Numbered from the stretch's first letter, positions 42,583 to 53,311 are shown. The stretch is 64,000 nt of DNA from Solirubrobacteraceae bacterium (GCA_036502205.1 DASXZA010000018.1:74758-138757); one strand, 5' to 3'. A program made the numbers and translations. The notes: a model not told the origin generated them from the sequence alone.

Positions 42583-42882
42583 TCATCCCTGCAGCTCCCT
42601 GAGCTCATCGACATCGAGCGGCAGGCTGCGGCGGTAGATCGCGACGATCATGCCGAGGCCGATGCAGACCTCGCAGGCCGCGACCGTCATCACGACGAGC
42701 GCCAGGATCTGTCCGTCGCCGTTACCCCACATACGCGCGAACGCGATCAGCGCGAGGTTCGCGCCGTTGAGCATCAGCTCGAGACACAGCAGCACCGTGA
42801 GCGGGTTGCGGCGTGTCATCACGCCGATCGCGCCCAGCGCGAAGACGATCGCGGAGACCGCTAGGTACCACGCGATGCTCAC
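42583..42882 (-). CDS. nuoK: NADH-quinone oxidoreductase subunit K
   Basis: RRN...ELMLN, VAACE. Confidence 0.96.
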   Translation of the reverse strand: MSIAWYLAVSAIVFALGAIGVMTRRNPLTVLLCLELMLNGANLALIAFARMWGNGDGQILALVVMTVAACEVCIGLGMIVAIYRRSLPLDVDELRELQG

Positions 42883-43619
42883 CAGCCGCCCTCCCCGTCG
42901 GGGGTCTCGCCACCGACGATCGCGGGCTCGGATTGCTCCTCGCGCTCGCCGTTCGCGCCGCCGCGATCGTGGCTGAGCGCGAACGCGAGTCCGGTAACGC
43001 CCTCGGCCATCGTGCCCGTGCCGCGCGGGCGCGCGAGACCGAGCGGGGTCAACAGCTCCTGCGAACCGTCCTCGAGGCCGCCGCGCCGGCGCGCGAGTAC
43101 GACGGCGCCGACCGCTGCGATCAGCAGCAGGAATGAGGCGACCTCGAACGTCAGCAGGAAGCGCGTCAGCAGCAGGTTGCCGATGTACGCCGGCGTGCCG
43201 TACGTCCGCGGGCCGGGGCTGTAGGAAGCGCCGTAGCCTTCGATTGCCTTCAGGCCCGAGCCGAGCAGCGCGATCAGGAGCTCGACCAGCAGCGCTCCGC
43301 CGAGCAACGCCGAGCCGAAGCGCAGGCGCGCACCGCCGATCTGCGCGCCGGCGCCGCGGCGCAGACGCTCGCCGAGCGAGCTGCCGCTGTCGCCGACGTA
43401 CGCCACGACGAACACGTAGAGGACCATCACCGCGCCCGCATAGACCACGACCTGTACCGCCGCCACGAATTCCGCGCGCAGCAGCAGGAACAGCAGCGAC
43501 AGCGAGAGCAGGTGCCCGACGAGCGCGAGCACGCTGTAGAACGGGTCGCGCAGCACGACCACGCCGACCGCGCCCGAGATCGCGCCGATCGCGGCGATGA
43601 AGAACAGCAGCGCGCTCAC
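42879..43619 (-). CDS. nuoJ: NADH-quinone oxidoreductase subunit J
   Basis: QVVVYAGAVMVL, FEVASFLLL. Confidence 0.95.
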   Translation of the reverse strand: MSALLFFIAAIGAISGAVGVVVLRDPFYSVLALVGHLLSLSLLFLLLRAEFVAAVQVVVYAGAVMVLYVFVVAYVGDSGSSLGERLRRGAGAQIGGARLRFGSALLGGALLVELLIALLGSGLKAIEGYGASYSPGPRTYGTPAYIGNLLLTRFLLTFEVASFLLLIAAVGAVVLARRRGGLEDGSQELLTPLGLARPRGTGTMAEGVTGLAFALSHDRGGANGEREEQSEPAIVGGETPDGEGGW

Positions 43620-43661
43620 CGTCGCCTCCCGCCTATGTGGGCCCACTCCGTCGCCAACTTC

Positions 43662-44195
43662 TTACTCTCCCTCGTTCCTCAGCGGCGTGCGCTCCAGCGG
43701 CTCGGCGAGCAGCATCTCCTTCGTGAAGATCAGGTCCGAGCGGCTGTAGTCCGAGAGCTCGTAATCGTGGCCCATCGTGATCGCGTCGAACGGGCACGCC
43801 ACCTCGCAGTAGCCGCAGAAGATGCAGCGCGAGAGGTTGATCTCGTATACCGCCGCGTAGCGCTCGCCGGCCGAGACGCGGTTCTCGGGCGTGTTCTCCG
43901 CGGCGACCACACGGATGCAGTCCGCCGGGCACGCCGCCGCGCACAGCGAGCAGCCCACGCACTTCTCAAGCTTGGTGTCCTCGAAGCGGTGCAGCTTGTG
44001 GCGCCCGCGGAAGCGCGGGTAGACCGGCACCTTCTCCTCGGGGTACTGGATCGTGTGCGGTCCCTCCACCACGCGCGCCAGCGTCGTCTTCAAGCCACGC
44101 AGCGTCTCGCCGAAGGCACGGTAGGTGCCGCCCGCCGCGCCCGGTTTGGGGCCGCGCACGACCTCGATCACATCCGCGCCGGGATCCCAGGCCAT
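43662..44195 (-). CDS. nuoI: NADH-quinone oxidoreductase subunit I
   Basis: CVGCSLCAAACP, CIFCGYCEVACP. Confidence 0.97.
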   Translation of the reverse strand: MAWDPGADVIEVVRGPKPGAAGGTYRAFGETLRGLKTTLARVVEGPHTIQYPEEKVPVYPRFRGRHKLHRFEDTKLEKCVGCSLCAAACPADCIRVVAAENTPENRVSAGERYAAVYEINLSRCIFCGYCEVACPFDAITMGHDYELSDYSRSDLIFTKEMLLAEPLERTPLRNEGE

Positions 44196-45214
44196 CAGTG
44201 CGTCACCACCACGAGGATCGCCGTCACGAGCGCGTTGAGCGTCGCCAGCGGCAGCAGCACCTTCCAGCCGAAGCTCATCAGCTGGTCATAGCGCAGGCGC
44301 GGCAGCGTCGCGCGCACCCAGATGAACAGGAACGTGATCAGCGACATCTTGACGAGCACCACAATCGGGTCGACCCAGCCCGGCGGGTGAATCCCGAACG
44401 GCAGCAGCCAGCCACCGAGGAAGACCGTCGTCACGATGCCCGAGACCACGAGCACGTTGAGGTACTCCGCGAAGAAGTACGACGCGAAGCGCCCGCCGCC
44501 GAACTCCGTGTTGTAGCCGCCGACGAGCTCCGCGTCGGCCTCGGTCAGGTCGAACGGTGCGCGGTTGGTCTCCGCGAAGCCCGCCACCAGGAAGACAAGA
44601 AAGCCGAAGAACTGCGGGACGATGTACCACATGCCCGCCTGCGCATGGACGATGCCCGTCAGCGAGAGCGTCCCCGCCGTGAAGATCACGCCGACGAGCG
44701 CAAGGCCCTGGGAGACCTCGTAGGAGATCAGCTGCGCCGCGCCGCGCATCGCGCCGAGGAACGAGTACTTCGAGCCCGAGGACCAGCCGCCGAGCATGAT
44801 CCCGTAGAACGCCACCGCACCGAACGCGAACAGGTAGAGCGGCCCGATCGAGACGTCGATCCCGTACAGCCCCACCGGCGTGCCGAAGATGTGCTGCACG
44901 TCGCCGAACGGGATGATCGCGAACGCCGCCACCGCCGTCAGGATCGAGATCATCGGCGCCACCGCGAACAGGAAGCCCACCGACGTCGTCGGGCGCGACT
45001 GCTCCTTGGTCAGCAGCTTGAGGATGTCCGCCAGCGGTTGCAGCGCACCGTAGGGGCCGACGCGGTTCGGGCCGTAGCGGCCCTGGAAGCGCCCGAGCAA
45101 CTTGCGCTCGGCGATCAACACGATCGGCACCAGCTGCAGTCCGACCGCGAAGATCACGATCCCCTTGATGATCTGGATCCACCACGCTTCGTAGTAGCCG
45201 ACGACCGCGAGCAT
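44195..45214 (-). CDS. nuoH: NADH-quinone oxidoreductase subunit H
   Basis: ERK...GPNRVG, AETNRAPFDL, RLRYDQLM. Confidence 0.97.
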   Translation of the reverse strand: MLAVVGYYEAWWIQIIKGIVIFAVGLQLVPIVLIAERKLLGRFQGRYGPNRVGPYGALQPLADILKLLTKEQSRPTTSVGFLFAVAPMISILTAVAAFAIIPFGDVQHIFGTPVGLYGIDVSIGPLYLFAFGAVAFYGIMLGGWSSGSKYSFLGAMRGAAQLISYEVSQGLALVGVIFTAGTLSLTGIVHAQAGMWYIVPQFFGFLVFLVAGFAETNRAPFDLTEADAELVGGYNTEFGGGRFASYFFAEYLNVLVVSGIVTTVFLGGWLLPFGIHPPGWVDPIVVLVKMSLITFLFIWVRATLPRLRYDQLMSFGWKVLLPLATLNALVTAILVVVTH

Positions 45215-45216
45215 GC

Positions 45217-47562
45217 TCAGCGCTCACCTGCCGTGACGGCCACCGACGGCTCCATCTCGTGCTCGGCGCGGCGGTAGAGGAACTTCAGCGACGGCGAGAA
45301 CTCCACCTCGGGCGCGTCCCAGATCGAATACGAGCCCGCCGTGGCGCCGCTGCCATTCGTATCGGGCTCGGAGCTCGCCGGGACGGCGGCGCTCGTGCTC
45401 GGCGCGCTCGCCGGCGGCTCGGGGAACGCGCTTGCCGCCTCGCGCTCCTGCCAGCGCACGCCGCGGCCGCCGATCTCCTCAAGCGTGAGGCCCGCGTAGA
45501 AGGGGACCGCGTCGAACAGCTGCTGCGAGGCCATCGCTCCGGTGGCGACCCCGAGGTCCAGATCGCAGCGTCGCGCGAGCTCGGCGATCACCGACCACTC
45601 CGCCTGCGTCTCGCCCTGACGGCCGATCGCGGGACGCAGTCGCTGCAGGCGCCCGTCGGGGTGCACGACCGTGCCTTCCTTCTCGGCGTAGGACTCCGCC
45701 GGGAAGACCACCGTCGCGTGCTCGCGCAGGCCCTCGGTGAGGAAGCTCGCGTGCGCGATCACCGTCGAGGCCTTCTCCAGCGCCGCGCTCCACGTTTCCG
45801 GCGGGAGCTCCGAGCGCAGCGGGTCCACGTGCAGCAGGTAGAGCGCGGTGAGCTCGCCCGCGGCGAGGTCCGCGCCGATGCCGTGCAAGCCCGGCGCCGT
45901 CGACGCGTCGTCATCGCCGCCCGCGCTTGCGCCTGTCGCGCCCGGCGCGTCCAGCGGCTGCAGGCCCGGCCCGTAGCCGGGCGCGAAGCCCGCCTCGAGC
46001 AGGCCGCGACCATTGGTTCCCGCGGCCGGCACGCCGAGCAGGCCCGCACCGTCGTGGCCGTGCAGGTTCAGTCCGCGTGCCAGCTTGAGCAGCGCCTCGG
46101 CGCCGCCGGCGAGGAGTTGCTCGCCATAGAGGATCACGATCTCATCGCCGCCCGTGCGCAGCAGCTCGGCGAGCTCGCGCAGCTGCTCCACATTGGCGCC
46201 CGCCGTGCGCGCGGCCACCTCGAGCTCGCCGCCGTAGAGCGCCGCCGCGAGGGCCTGCACGAACGCCGCGCCGCCGCCCGGCGCATAGCGCAGCGCGAGC
46301 TTCGCGTTCGCATCGAGCGAAGACGGCTGCGGGGTCGCGAGCGCGAGCGTCACGCCGTGGCGACGCACGCCCTTGCGGATGCGCAGGTCGAGGATTGGGA
46401 TGTCGCGCACCGGCTCCGTGCCGATCACGAGCACCGTGTGCGCGAACTCGAGATCGGGGACCCGCGCCTGCAGCGCCGGCTCGGCGAGACGATGGCGGTC
46501 GGCCGCATCCACGCCGCCCAGCGTGTCCAGGCGCTCGCTGGCGAGGCCCTCGCGCAGCAGGCGCGCGAGCAGCAGACCCTCCTCGCTGGTGCTCTCGCCG
46601 CCCGCGAGTGCCGCGACCTTCCCGCGCGCGCGGCGCAGGCCGCTCGCCGCCTCCTCCAGCGCACGCTCCCAGGAGACCGGCCGCAGCTCGCCGCCATCGC
46701 GCACGAGCGGCTGCGTGATGCGCTCGTCGACGTGGATCGACTGGTAGGCGAAGCGGCCCTTGTCACAGAGCCAGCCGTCGTCGACCTCGTCGTGCTCACG
46801 TGCGAGCACCCGCATCACGCGCTCGTCGCGGACCGTGAAGCTCACGTTGCACTGCGCCGGGCACAGTGTGCAGACAGAGCCCGAATCCTCGATGTCCCAC
46901 GGCCGCGCGCGGAAACGGTAGGCGCGCGAGGTCAGCGCCCCGACCGGGCACAACTCGACGATGTTGCCGCTGAACGGCGCCACGTACGGATGGCCGTCGA
47001 AGGTCGACACATAGGAGTGCGCGCCGCGCTCGAGCAGCACCAGCTGGTAATCCTCGGAGATCTCCTGCGAGAAGCGCACGCAGCGGTAACAGAGGATGCA
47101 GCGCTCACGGTCGATCGCAATCAGCGGCGAGAGCTCCAGCGGCTTGACGAAATGACGCTTGGGCTCGATGAAGCGCGAGGTGCCCTTGCCCCAGCCGAAG
47201 GTGATGTCCTGCAGCGGGCACTCCCCGCCCTTGTCGCACACCGGGCAGTCCAGCGGATGGTTGATCAGCAGGAACTCCACGACCGCGTTCTGCGCCGTCT
47301 TCACGCGCTCGGTCTGCGTGTGCACGACCATCCCGTCCTTCACCGGCGTCGAGCAGCCCGTCTGCAGCTTCGGGATGCCCTCGATCTCCACGAGGCACAT
47401 GCGGCACGCGCCGACCGGGTTGCCGAGCTTGGGCTCGTAACAGAAGACCGGGATCTCGACGTCGCCGTGCTTCGCCGCGTCGACCAGCATCGAGTTCTCC
47501 GGCGCCCGCACCTCCAGGCCGTCGATCGTGAACGTGATCGTCTTCGGTTCCGGACGCGGCAT
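45217..47562 (-). CDS. nuoG: NADH-quinone oxidoreductase subunit G
   Basis: GACRMCLVE, NHPLDCPVCDKGGECPLQ, CILCYRC, CTLCPAQC. Confidence 0.96.
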   Translation of the reverse strand: MPRPEPKTITFTIDGLEVRAPENSMLVDAAKHGDVEIPVFCYEPKLGNPVGACRMCLVEIEGIPKLQTGCSTPVKDGMVVHTQTERVKTAQNAVVEFLLINHPLDCPVCDKGGECPLQDITFGWGKGTSRFIEPKRHFVKPLELSPLIAIDRERCILCYRCVRFSQEISEDYQLVLLERGAHSYVSTFDGHPYVAPFSGNIVELCPVGALTSRAYRFRARPWDIEDSGSVCTLCPAQCNVSFTVRDERVMRVLAREHDEVDDGWLCDKGRFAYQSIHVDERITQPLVRDGGELRPVSWERALEEAASGLRRARGKVAALAGGESTSEEGLLLARLLREGLASERLDTLGGVDAADRHRLAEPALQARVPDLEFAHTVLVIGTEPVRDIPILDLRIRKGVRRHGVTLALATPQPSSLDANAKLALRYAPGGGAAFVQALAAALYGGELEVAARTAGANVEQLRELAELLRTGGDEIVILYGEQLLAGGAEALLKLARGLNLHGHDGAGLLGVPAAGTNGRGLLEAGFAPGYGPGLQPLDAPGATGASAGGDDDASTAPGLHGIGADLAAGELTALYLLHVDPLRSELPPETWSAALEKASTVIAHASFLTEGLREHATVVFPAESYAEKEGTVVHPDGRLQRLRPAIGRQGETQAEWSVIAELARRCDLDLGVATGAMASQQLFDAVPFYAGLTLEEIGGRGVRWQEREAASAFPEPPASAPSTSAAVPASSEPDTNGSGATAGSYSIWDAPEVEFSPSLKFLYRRAEHEMEPSVAVTAGER

Positions 47563-48926
47563 CAGTGAGCCCCCGGGTAAGGACCGACGGCGGCGCCCGC
47601 CAGCTCAGCGCCCTGGGCGGCCAGCGCGCCCTCGTGCGCGATCGCCTCCACGCCGACGCCCGTGCCGACGACGGCGCGCAGCCGCGCCGCCTCCATGTGC
47701 GCCTCGAACTCCTCGCGGAACTTCTTGATCAGCGACGCGATCGGCATCGCCATCGCGTCGCCGAGCACGCACAGGCAGTTGCCCATGATGTGCTCCTGCA
47801 CCGAGCTCATGATGTCGAGGTCCATCGGCGTCGCCTCGCCCGCGTCGATGCGCTCGAGCATCTTCACCGTCCAGTTCGTCCCCTCGCGGCACGGCGTGCA
47901 CTTGCCGCAGGACTCGTGCCGGTAGAACTTCGCGACCTTCAGCGCCACGTCGATGATCGGCGTCGAGTCGTCCACGACGATGATCGCGCCCGAGCCGAGC
48001 ATCGTGCCCGCCTGCGCGAGCGAGTTGAAATCGTAGGGCACGTCCAGCTCCTCGCCCGTGAGCACCGGCGAGGAGGAGCCGCCGGGAAACCAGCACTTGA
48101 CTTCGCGGCCCGCCGGCGGCCCGCCCGCGAGTCCGTAGATGATCTCGCGCGACGGGATGCCCAGCTCGATCTCGTAGTTGCCCGGTCGCTGCACGTGACC
48201 GGAGATCGAGACCAGCTTCGTCCCCGTCGACGTTTCTACGCCGATCTTCGCGTACTGCTCGCCGCCGATGCGCATGATCGTCGGGACCGTCGAGAGCGTC
48301 TCGACGTTGTTGATCAGCGTCGGGCCCTGGTAGAGGCCCTGGTTGGCCGGGAACGGCGGCTTCAGGCGCGGGTTGCCGCGCTTGCCCTCCAGCGAGTCCA
48401 ACAGGCCCGTCTCCTCGCCGCAGATGTACGCGCCCGCACCGCGGTGCACGACCAGCGAGAGCGAGTGCCCCGAGCCGAGGATGTTCTCGCCCACATAGCC
48501 CGCCTCGCGCGCTTCCGCGAGCGCCGCGTCGAGCATGTCCGCCTGCAGCTGGTACTCGCCGCGGATGTAGATGAACGAGCGGCTCGCGCCCGCCGCGTAG
48601 GACGCGATCACGATCCCCTCGATCAGCATGTGCGGGGACTTCTGCATCAGTTCGCGGTCCTTGAAGGTTCCCGGCTCCGACTCGTCCGCGTTGCAGACCA
48701 GGTACTTGTCCATCCCGCCTTTCGGCAGGAACGAGACCTTCTTGCCCATCGCGAAGCCCGCGCCTCCGCGCCCGCGCAGCCCCGAGGCTTCGAGCTCTTG
48801 CAGCACACCCTCCGGTGGCATCGCCAGTGCCTTGCGCAGCGAGTCGTAGCCGCCGCGATCCTGGTAGACGCCGAGGGTGTTGAGCCCCGGTTGGTCGATG
48901 TCCGTGAACAGCAGCAGATCGCTCAT
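47562..48926 (-). CDS. nuoF: NADH-quinone oxidoreductase subunit F
   Basis: LRGRGGAGF, NADESEPGTFKDR, GAGAYICGEET, ESCGKCTPCREG. Confidence 0.97.
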   Translation of the reverse strand: MSDLLLFTDIDQPGLNTLGVYQDRGGYDSLRKALAMPPEGVLQELEASGLRGRGGAGFAMGKKVSFLPKGGMDKYLVCNADESEPGTFKDRELMQKSPHMLIEGIVIASYAAGASRSFIYIRGEYQLQADMLDAALAEAREAGYVGENILGSGHSLSLVVHRGAGAYICGEETGLLDSLEGKRGNPRLKPPFPANQGLYQGPTLINNVETLSTVPTIMRIGGEQYAKIGVETSTGTKLVSISGHVQRPGNYEIELGIPSREIIYGLAGGPPAGREVKCWFPGGSSSPVLTGEELDVPYDFNSLAQAGTMLGSGAIIVVDDSTPIIDVALKVAKFYRHESCGKCTPCREGTNWTVKMLERIDAGEATPMDLDIMSSVQEHIMGNCLCVLGDAMAMPIASLIKKFREEFEAHMEAARLRAVVGTGVGVEAIAHEGALAAQGAELAGAAVGPYPGAH

Positions 48927-49825
48927 CCCTGCGGCTCCTCGTCGGCGTCGGGGTGCGGCGGCTCGTGCGGATGGTGCGGGATGTCCTGCTCGCTGCGCGC
49001 CTGATGCGGAGGCCCGCCGTCGTGCGGCGGCTGCGTATGCGAGTCCTCGTGCGCCGCCGGCGGGCCCGGACGGTCGTCGGTCATCGGCGGGCCGAAGCTC
49101 GCGCGCTCAGGGTCAATGTCCGGGTTGGCGCCCGGCGAGGTGCCGGTCGGCGCGTCCCGCGCCGCTGCCGAGCCCGTCCCGGGTTGGGCCGCGTGCAGCT
49201 CGAACTCCCGCGAGTTCGCGTGCGGGTCCGCGACCAGCCGTCGCGCGAGCTGCTTGTCCGGCAGCACCGCGCGTCCCGCGCGCGCGTCGTCGAGCAGCTG
49301 CGGCACGTCCTCCAGCGTGAGCGGTCCGACGTACACGCCGTCGACCGAGGCCATCGGCGCGATGTCGCATGCGCCGAGGCACTCGAACGCGCGCACGTTG
49401 AACGCCGCATCATCGCCCGCCGCGTCGCGGATCGCCTCGTAGAGCTCGTCCGCGCCGCACAGCGAGCACGAGATGTTCGTGCACACGTACACCGCGTGGG
49501 GGCCCACCGGCATCGTCTCGAGCATGTCGTAGAAGGTCGCCACCGACGCCAGGTACGCCGGCGTCAGGCGCATCACGCATGCCACCTCGTCGATCGCCTG
49601 CGGCGAGCACCAGCCGTGCACGCGCTGCGCCGCCGCCAGCGCCGGCAGCGTCGCCGAGCGGCGGTCCGGGTAGTTGGCCATATGCGCCTCGATCTCCGCG
49701 CGCAGATCATCCGAGACCGGCGTCGTGGCTGGGTCCGGGATCTCAGCCGGGTCCTTCGCCAGGTCCGCCGCTTCGTCCCAGCCCGGCACGCGCGAGCCGT
49801 GCTCGTAGCGCTTGACCGCGGTCAT
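48923..49825 (-). CDS. nuoE: NADH-quinone oxidoreductase subunit E with Pro/His/Asp-rich tail
   Basis: VATFY, CTNISC, CLGAC. Confidence 0.94.
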   Translation of the reverse strand: MTAVKRYEHGSRVPGWDEAADLAKDPAEIPDPATTPVSDDLRAEIEAHMANYPDRRSATLPALAAAQRVHGWCSPQAIDEVACVMRLTPAYLASVATFYDMLETMPVGPHAVYVCTNISCSLCGADELYEAIRDAAGDDAAFNVRAFECLGACDIAPMASVDGVYVGPLTLEDVPQLLDDARAGRAVLPDKQLARRLVADPHANSREFELHAAQPGTGSAAARDAPTGTSPGANPDIDPERASFGPPMTDDRPGPPAAHEDSHTQPPHDGGPPHQARSEQDIPHHPHEPPHPDADEEPQG

Positions 49826-49859
49826 CGCGCCCGTCCTGGAAGGTCAGAAGTGCTCGTGC

Positions 49860-51134
49860 TCATCTATCGATGCCCCCCAAGATCGGATCGAGCATCGCGA
49901 GCGTCGCGATCAGGTCCGCGATGTAGGCGCCCTCGGCCATCTGCGAGAACGACTGCAGGTTCACGAACGACGGGTCGCGCATGTGCACGCGCGCCGGCTT
50001 CGAGGAGCCGTCCGAGCGCACGAAGCAGCCGAGCTCGCCGCGCGGGGACTCGATCGGGTGGTAGATCTCGCCGGGCGGCACGCGGAAGCCCTCGGTGACG
50101 AGCTTGAAGTGGTGGATCAGCGCCTCCATCGAGGTCGCCAGCTCGTGGCGCGGCGGTAGCGCGACCTTGCGGTCCTCGGTGATGTGCGGTCCCTCCGGCA
50201 GGCCCTCGAGCGCCTGGTCGATGATCTTCACCGACTCGTAGATCTCCGCGAGCCGCACCGCGAAGCGGTCGTAGTTGTCGCCGACCGTGCCCACCGGGAT
50301 CTTGAAGTCGAAGTCTCCGTAGGAGCAGTACGGAGCCGCCTTGCGCAGATCCCACGGGTTGCCCGCCGCACGCAGCAGCGGGCCCGTCACGCCGAGCGAG
50401 AGCAGCGTCTCCGCGTCCAGCGGGCACGTGCCGCGCAGGCGCTGCAGCACGATCTCGTTCTTGTTCAGTAGGTCCCCGTACTGGTCCGCGCGGCTCGGCA
50501 TGATCGCCGTGAACGCCCGCAGCTTCTCCGCGAAGCCGCGCGGGATGTCCTCGAAGACGCCGCCCACCTGGAAGTAGCGCGTGTGCATGCGCTGGCCCGA
50601 GGAGAACTCGAATAGGTCGAGGATCATCTCGCGCTCGCGAAAGCAGTACCAGAACATCGAGATCGCGCCCAGGTCGAGCGCGCTCGTGCCGAGCCACACC
50701 AGGTGCGACATGATGCGGTTGAGCTCCATGTGGATCACGCGCAGATATTGCGCGCGCGGGGGCACGTCGACCTCGAGCAGCGTCTCCACCGCGCCGCAGA
50801 ACGCCATCGCGTTGAAGTAGTACGAGAGGTAGTCCATCCGCTCGACCACCGGGATGACCTTCCAGTAGGACTTGTCCTCCGCCGTCTTTTCGATGCCCGT
50901 ATGCACGTAGCCGATGATCGGCTTGATGTCGCGCACCACCTCGCCCTGCAGCGTCACCAGCAGGCGCAGCACCCCGTGCGTCGCCGGGTGGTGCGGGCCC
51001 ATGTTGAGCGTCAGCAGCTCCTGCGCCGGTTCGTCCGGGGCGGCGCCCGGGACCGACTGCACCTCTTCCTCGAGCGTGATGCTCTGCTCGCGGCGGCGGT
51101 ACTCCGAAAGTGTCGGTTGCTCGGTCGAGCTCAT
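49860..51134 (-). CDS. nuoD: NADH-quinone oxidoreductase subunit D
   Basis: NMGPHHPATHGVLRL, RMDY, ESPRGE, GGIDR. Confidence 0.97.
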   Translation of the reverse strand: MSSTEQPTLSEYRRREQSITLEEEVQSVPGAAPDEPAQELLTLNMGPHHPATHGVLRLLVTLQGEVVRDIKPIIGYVHTGIEKTAEDKSYWKVIPVVERMDYLSYYFNAMAFCGAVETLLEVDVPPRAQYLRVIHMELNRIMSHLVWLGTSALDLGAISMFWYCFREREMILDLFEFSSGQRMHTRYFQVGGVFEDIPRGFAEKLRAFTAIMPSRADQYGDLLNKNEIVLQRLRGTCPLDAETLLSLGVTGPLLRAAGNPWDLRKAAPYCSYGDFDFKIPVGTVGDNYDRFAVRLAEIYESVKIIDQALEGLPEGPHITEDRKVALPPRHELATSMEALIHHFKLVTEGFRVPPGEIYHPIESPRGELGCFVRSDGSSKPARVHMRDPSFVNLQSFSQMAEGAYIADLIATLAMLDPILGGIDR

Positions 51135-51643
51135 CGCGGCACTCCCAGCGACGGGGTGTCGTTGTGGGTGAAGACCACCGGCTCGCCGCCGATCGGGAAG
51201 TCACGGCGCTGCGGATGGCCCTCGTAGTCCTCCGGCATCAGGATGCGACGTAGGTCCGGATGCCCGCGGAAGAGCACCCCGAACATGTCGTAGACCTCGC
51301 GCTCCTGGTGGTTGGCCGTCGGCCACTGCGGCGTCGCCGAGTCGACCTCGGGTGCGTCGCTGGGCAGGCGCAGCTTGACCGAGACGCGGTCCACGCGGCT
51401 CATGTCGAGCAGCTCATAGTGCACGCCCAGCCGCGGCTCCTGCGGGTAGTAGTCCACGCCGTGCACGCTCGAGAGGAACTTGTAGCCCCGCTCGCGCAGG
51501 ACGGCGAGAACAGCGAGAATGCGCTGCGGGTCGATCTCGATGCTCGCGCGGCCGCGGAAGAAGACGGTCTCCCGTACGACCGCCTCGCCCTCGGCCTCGC
51601 GCAGCTCCTGCGCGAGTAGCTCCAGCCCCGTGGCGTCAGGCAC
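51131..51643 (-). CDS. nuoC: NADH-quinone oxidoreductase subunit C
   Basis: EREVYDMFG...[11 protein letters not shown]...GHPQRRDFP. Confidence 0.96.
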   Translation of the reverse strand: MPDATGLELLAQELREAEGEAVVRETVFFRGRASIEIDPQRILAVLAVLRERGYKFLSSVHGVDYYPQEPRLGVHYELLDMSRVDRVSVKLRLPSDAPEVDSATPQWPTANHQEREVYDMFGVLFRGHPDLRRILMPEDYEGHPQRRDFPIGGEPVVFTHNDTPSLGVPR

Positions 51644-52343
51644 CTGGGGCTACCTGCTCGTCGCTGAGAATCTCCTCCGTGCCGACCGCGCCGTAGCGCT
51701 CGCGCCAGCCCATGTCGGGATCGTCCTGCACCATCTTGCGCAGCTTGAGGATGCCGTGCATCAGCGCCTCCGGCCGCGGCGGGCAGCCCGGGACGTGCAC
51801 GTCGATCGGCATGAACTTGTCCGCCGGAACCAGCGCGTAGTTGTTGAAGACGCCCATCGACGAGCAGCACGCGCCCATCGAGATCGCCCACTTCGGCTCG
51901 AGCATCTGGTCGTAGATGCGCCGCACGATCGGCGCCATCTTGATCGAGACACGGCCCGAGAGCACCAGTAGGTCAGCCTGGCGCGGCGATGCGCGGAAGG
52001 CCTCGAAACCGAAGCGCGCCACGTCCACGCGTGCGGCCACGATCGACATCATCTCGATCGCGCAGCACGCCAGGCCGAAGGTCGCCGGGAAGAACGAGTT
52101 CGAGCGCGCCCACGCCACCGCCTTGTCGAGCGTCGTCGTCAGCACGCTTTCTTCGACGTGGCGTTCCAGGTCCGCACCCTCGAGGTGCGCCGACGGCGTC
52201 AGCCCGTCGATCTCGCCGCCGCGCAGCAGCTGGCGCGCGTTCAGCTGCTGGATGCTCAGCGTGCGCGGGTCCACCGCGTCCGCGCCGCCTGAGCCGCCAG
52301 ACGCCGCGCCCGCGCCGCCGATGGGTTGCCGTGTCACCTCCAC
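51636..52343 (-). CDS. nuoB: NADH-quinone oxidoreductase subunit B
   Basis: [28 protein letters not shown]; start 52343 or 52337. Confidence 0.95.
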   Translation of the reverse strand: MEVTRQPIGGAGAASGGSGGADAVDPRTLSIQQLNARQLLRGGEIDGLTPSAHLEGADLERHVEESVLTTTLDKAVAWARSNSFFPATFGLACCAIEMMSIVAARVDVARFGFEAFRASPRQADLLVLSGRVSIKMAPIVRRIYDQMLEPKWAISMGACCSSMGVFNNYALVPADKFMPIDVHVPGCPPRPEALMHGILKLRKMVQDDPDMGWRERYGAVGTEEILSDEQVAPGA

Positions 52344-52690
52344 TCGAGCGCTCCCCTGCGCCACACGTACGCGAACGCGACGAACAGCAGCGCGATGAAC
52401 ACGAGCGTCTCGACCAGCGCGAAGCTGCCGTAGGCGCGCAGCTCGACGGCGATCGGGTAGAGGAAGACCACCTCGATGTCGAACAGGATGAACAGCATCG
52501 CGATCAGGTAGAAGCTGATCCCGAAGCGCATCCCGCGCTTGACCTCCGAGGGCAGGCCGCACTCGTAGGGATCCTGCTTGTGCGCGATCCCCCGGCGCGG
52601 GCCGAGCACCGAGTTGAGTACGGTGAACGCTGCGCCGACGGCGCCGCCAAGGATCAGGAATACGATCGCGGGTAGGTAGGAGCGCAGCAC
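52334..52690 (-). CDS. nuoA: NADH-quinone oxidoreductase subunit A
   Basis: [23 protein letters not shown]. Confidence 0.97.
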   Translation of the reverse strand: MLRSYLPAIVFLILGGAVGAAFTVLNSVLGPRRGIAHKQDPYECGLPSEVKRGMRFGISFYLIAMLFILFDIEVVFLYPIAVELRAYGSFALVETLVFIALLFVAFAYVWRRGALEWR

Positions 52691-52777
52691 CCGCTCGCTG
52701 TTATATCACCGTGACCAGCCGCTTGTAGCAGAGTGTTACATAGTGACGATCCGCTCTAAATATCCAGGATCCGCACG

Positions 52778-53233
52778 ATGATCGCGGGTGCCCTCGTCCT
52801 CGCCTTCCTGAATGCGCTGCCAGCGCTGCTCGGCGGCGTGTCTTGGTACCGCGGTGCCGGCGCCGACACCGCAGCGGTGCGCGCCTTCTGGGTCCTGCTG
52901 CGCACCGCGCAGGTCGCCGCTGTGCTCTACGCGCTCGCCGTCGGCGTGCTTGCTGCGACCGGTCGCAGTCCCTCCGAACGGCTCTTCTACCTCTATGCGC
53001 TGCTGCCGCTCGCAGTCTCGTTCGTCGCCGAGCAGCTACGCCTCGCCTCTGCACAGACGATCCTCGACCAACGCGGCCTCGAGAGCGCTGCCGACGTCGG
53101 GAGCCTGCCCGAGTCCGAGCAGTTCGCCGTCGTCGCCGCGATCGTCCACCGCGAGCTCGGCGTGATGACGCTCTCCGCGCTCGTCGTCGTGTTCCTCGCG
53201 CTGCGCGCCGCCGCGACCGCGCACGGGCTTTGA
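52778..53233 (+). CDS. Hypothetical membrane protein (about 4 TM)
   Basis: Hydrophobic segments, typical codon usage. Confidence 0.75.
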   Translation: MIAGALVLAFLNALPALLGGVSWYRGAGADTAAVRAFWVLLRTAQVAAVLYALAVGVLAATGRSPSERLFYLYALLPLAVSFVAEQLRLASAQTILDQRGLESAADVGSLPESEQFAVVAAIVHRELGVMTLSALVVVFLALRAAATAHGL

Positions 53234-53267
53234 GCGTCGCGACCGGTCCGCACAAGCCAACCCGTCG

Positions 53268-53287
53268 GGGACCCCTCAAGGGGTCCC
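53268..53287. terminator. GC hairpin between convergent genes, possible bidirectional terminator
   Basis: GGGACCCC-TCAA-GGGGTCCC; no U tract. Confidence 0.45.
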
Positions 53288-53311
53288 AATCCGTCGTGAA
53301 GCCTCCGGGTG

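Noticed and set aside
40504-51204. Several 400-770 aa ORFs overlapping nuo genes
   Set aside because: Shadow frames of well-supported complex I subunits
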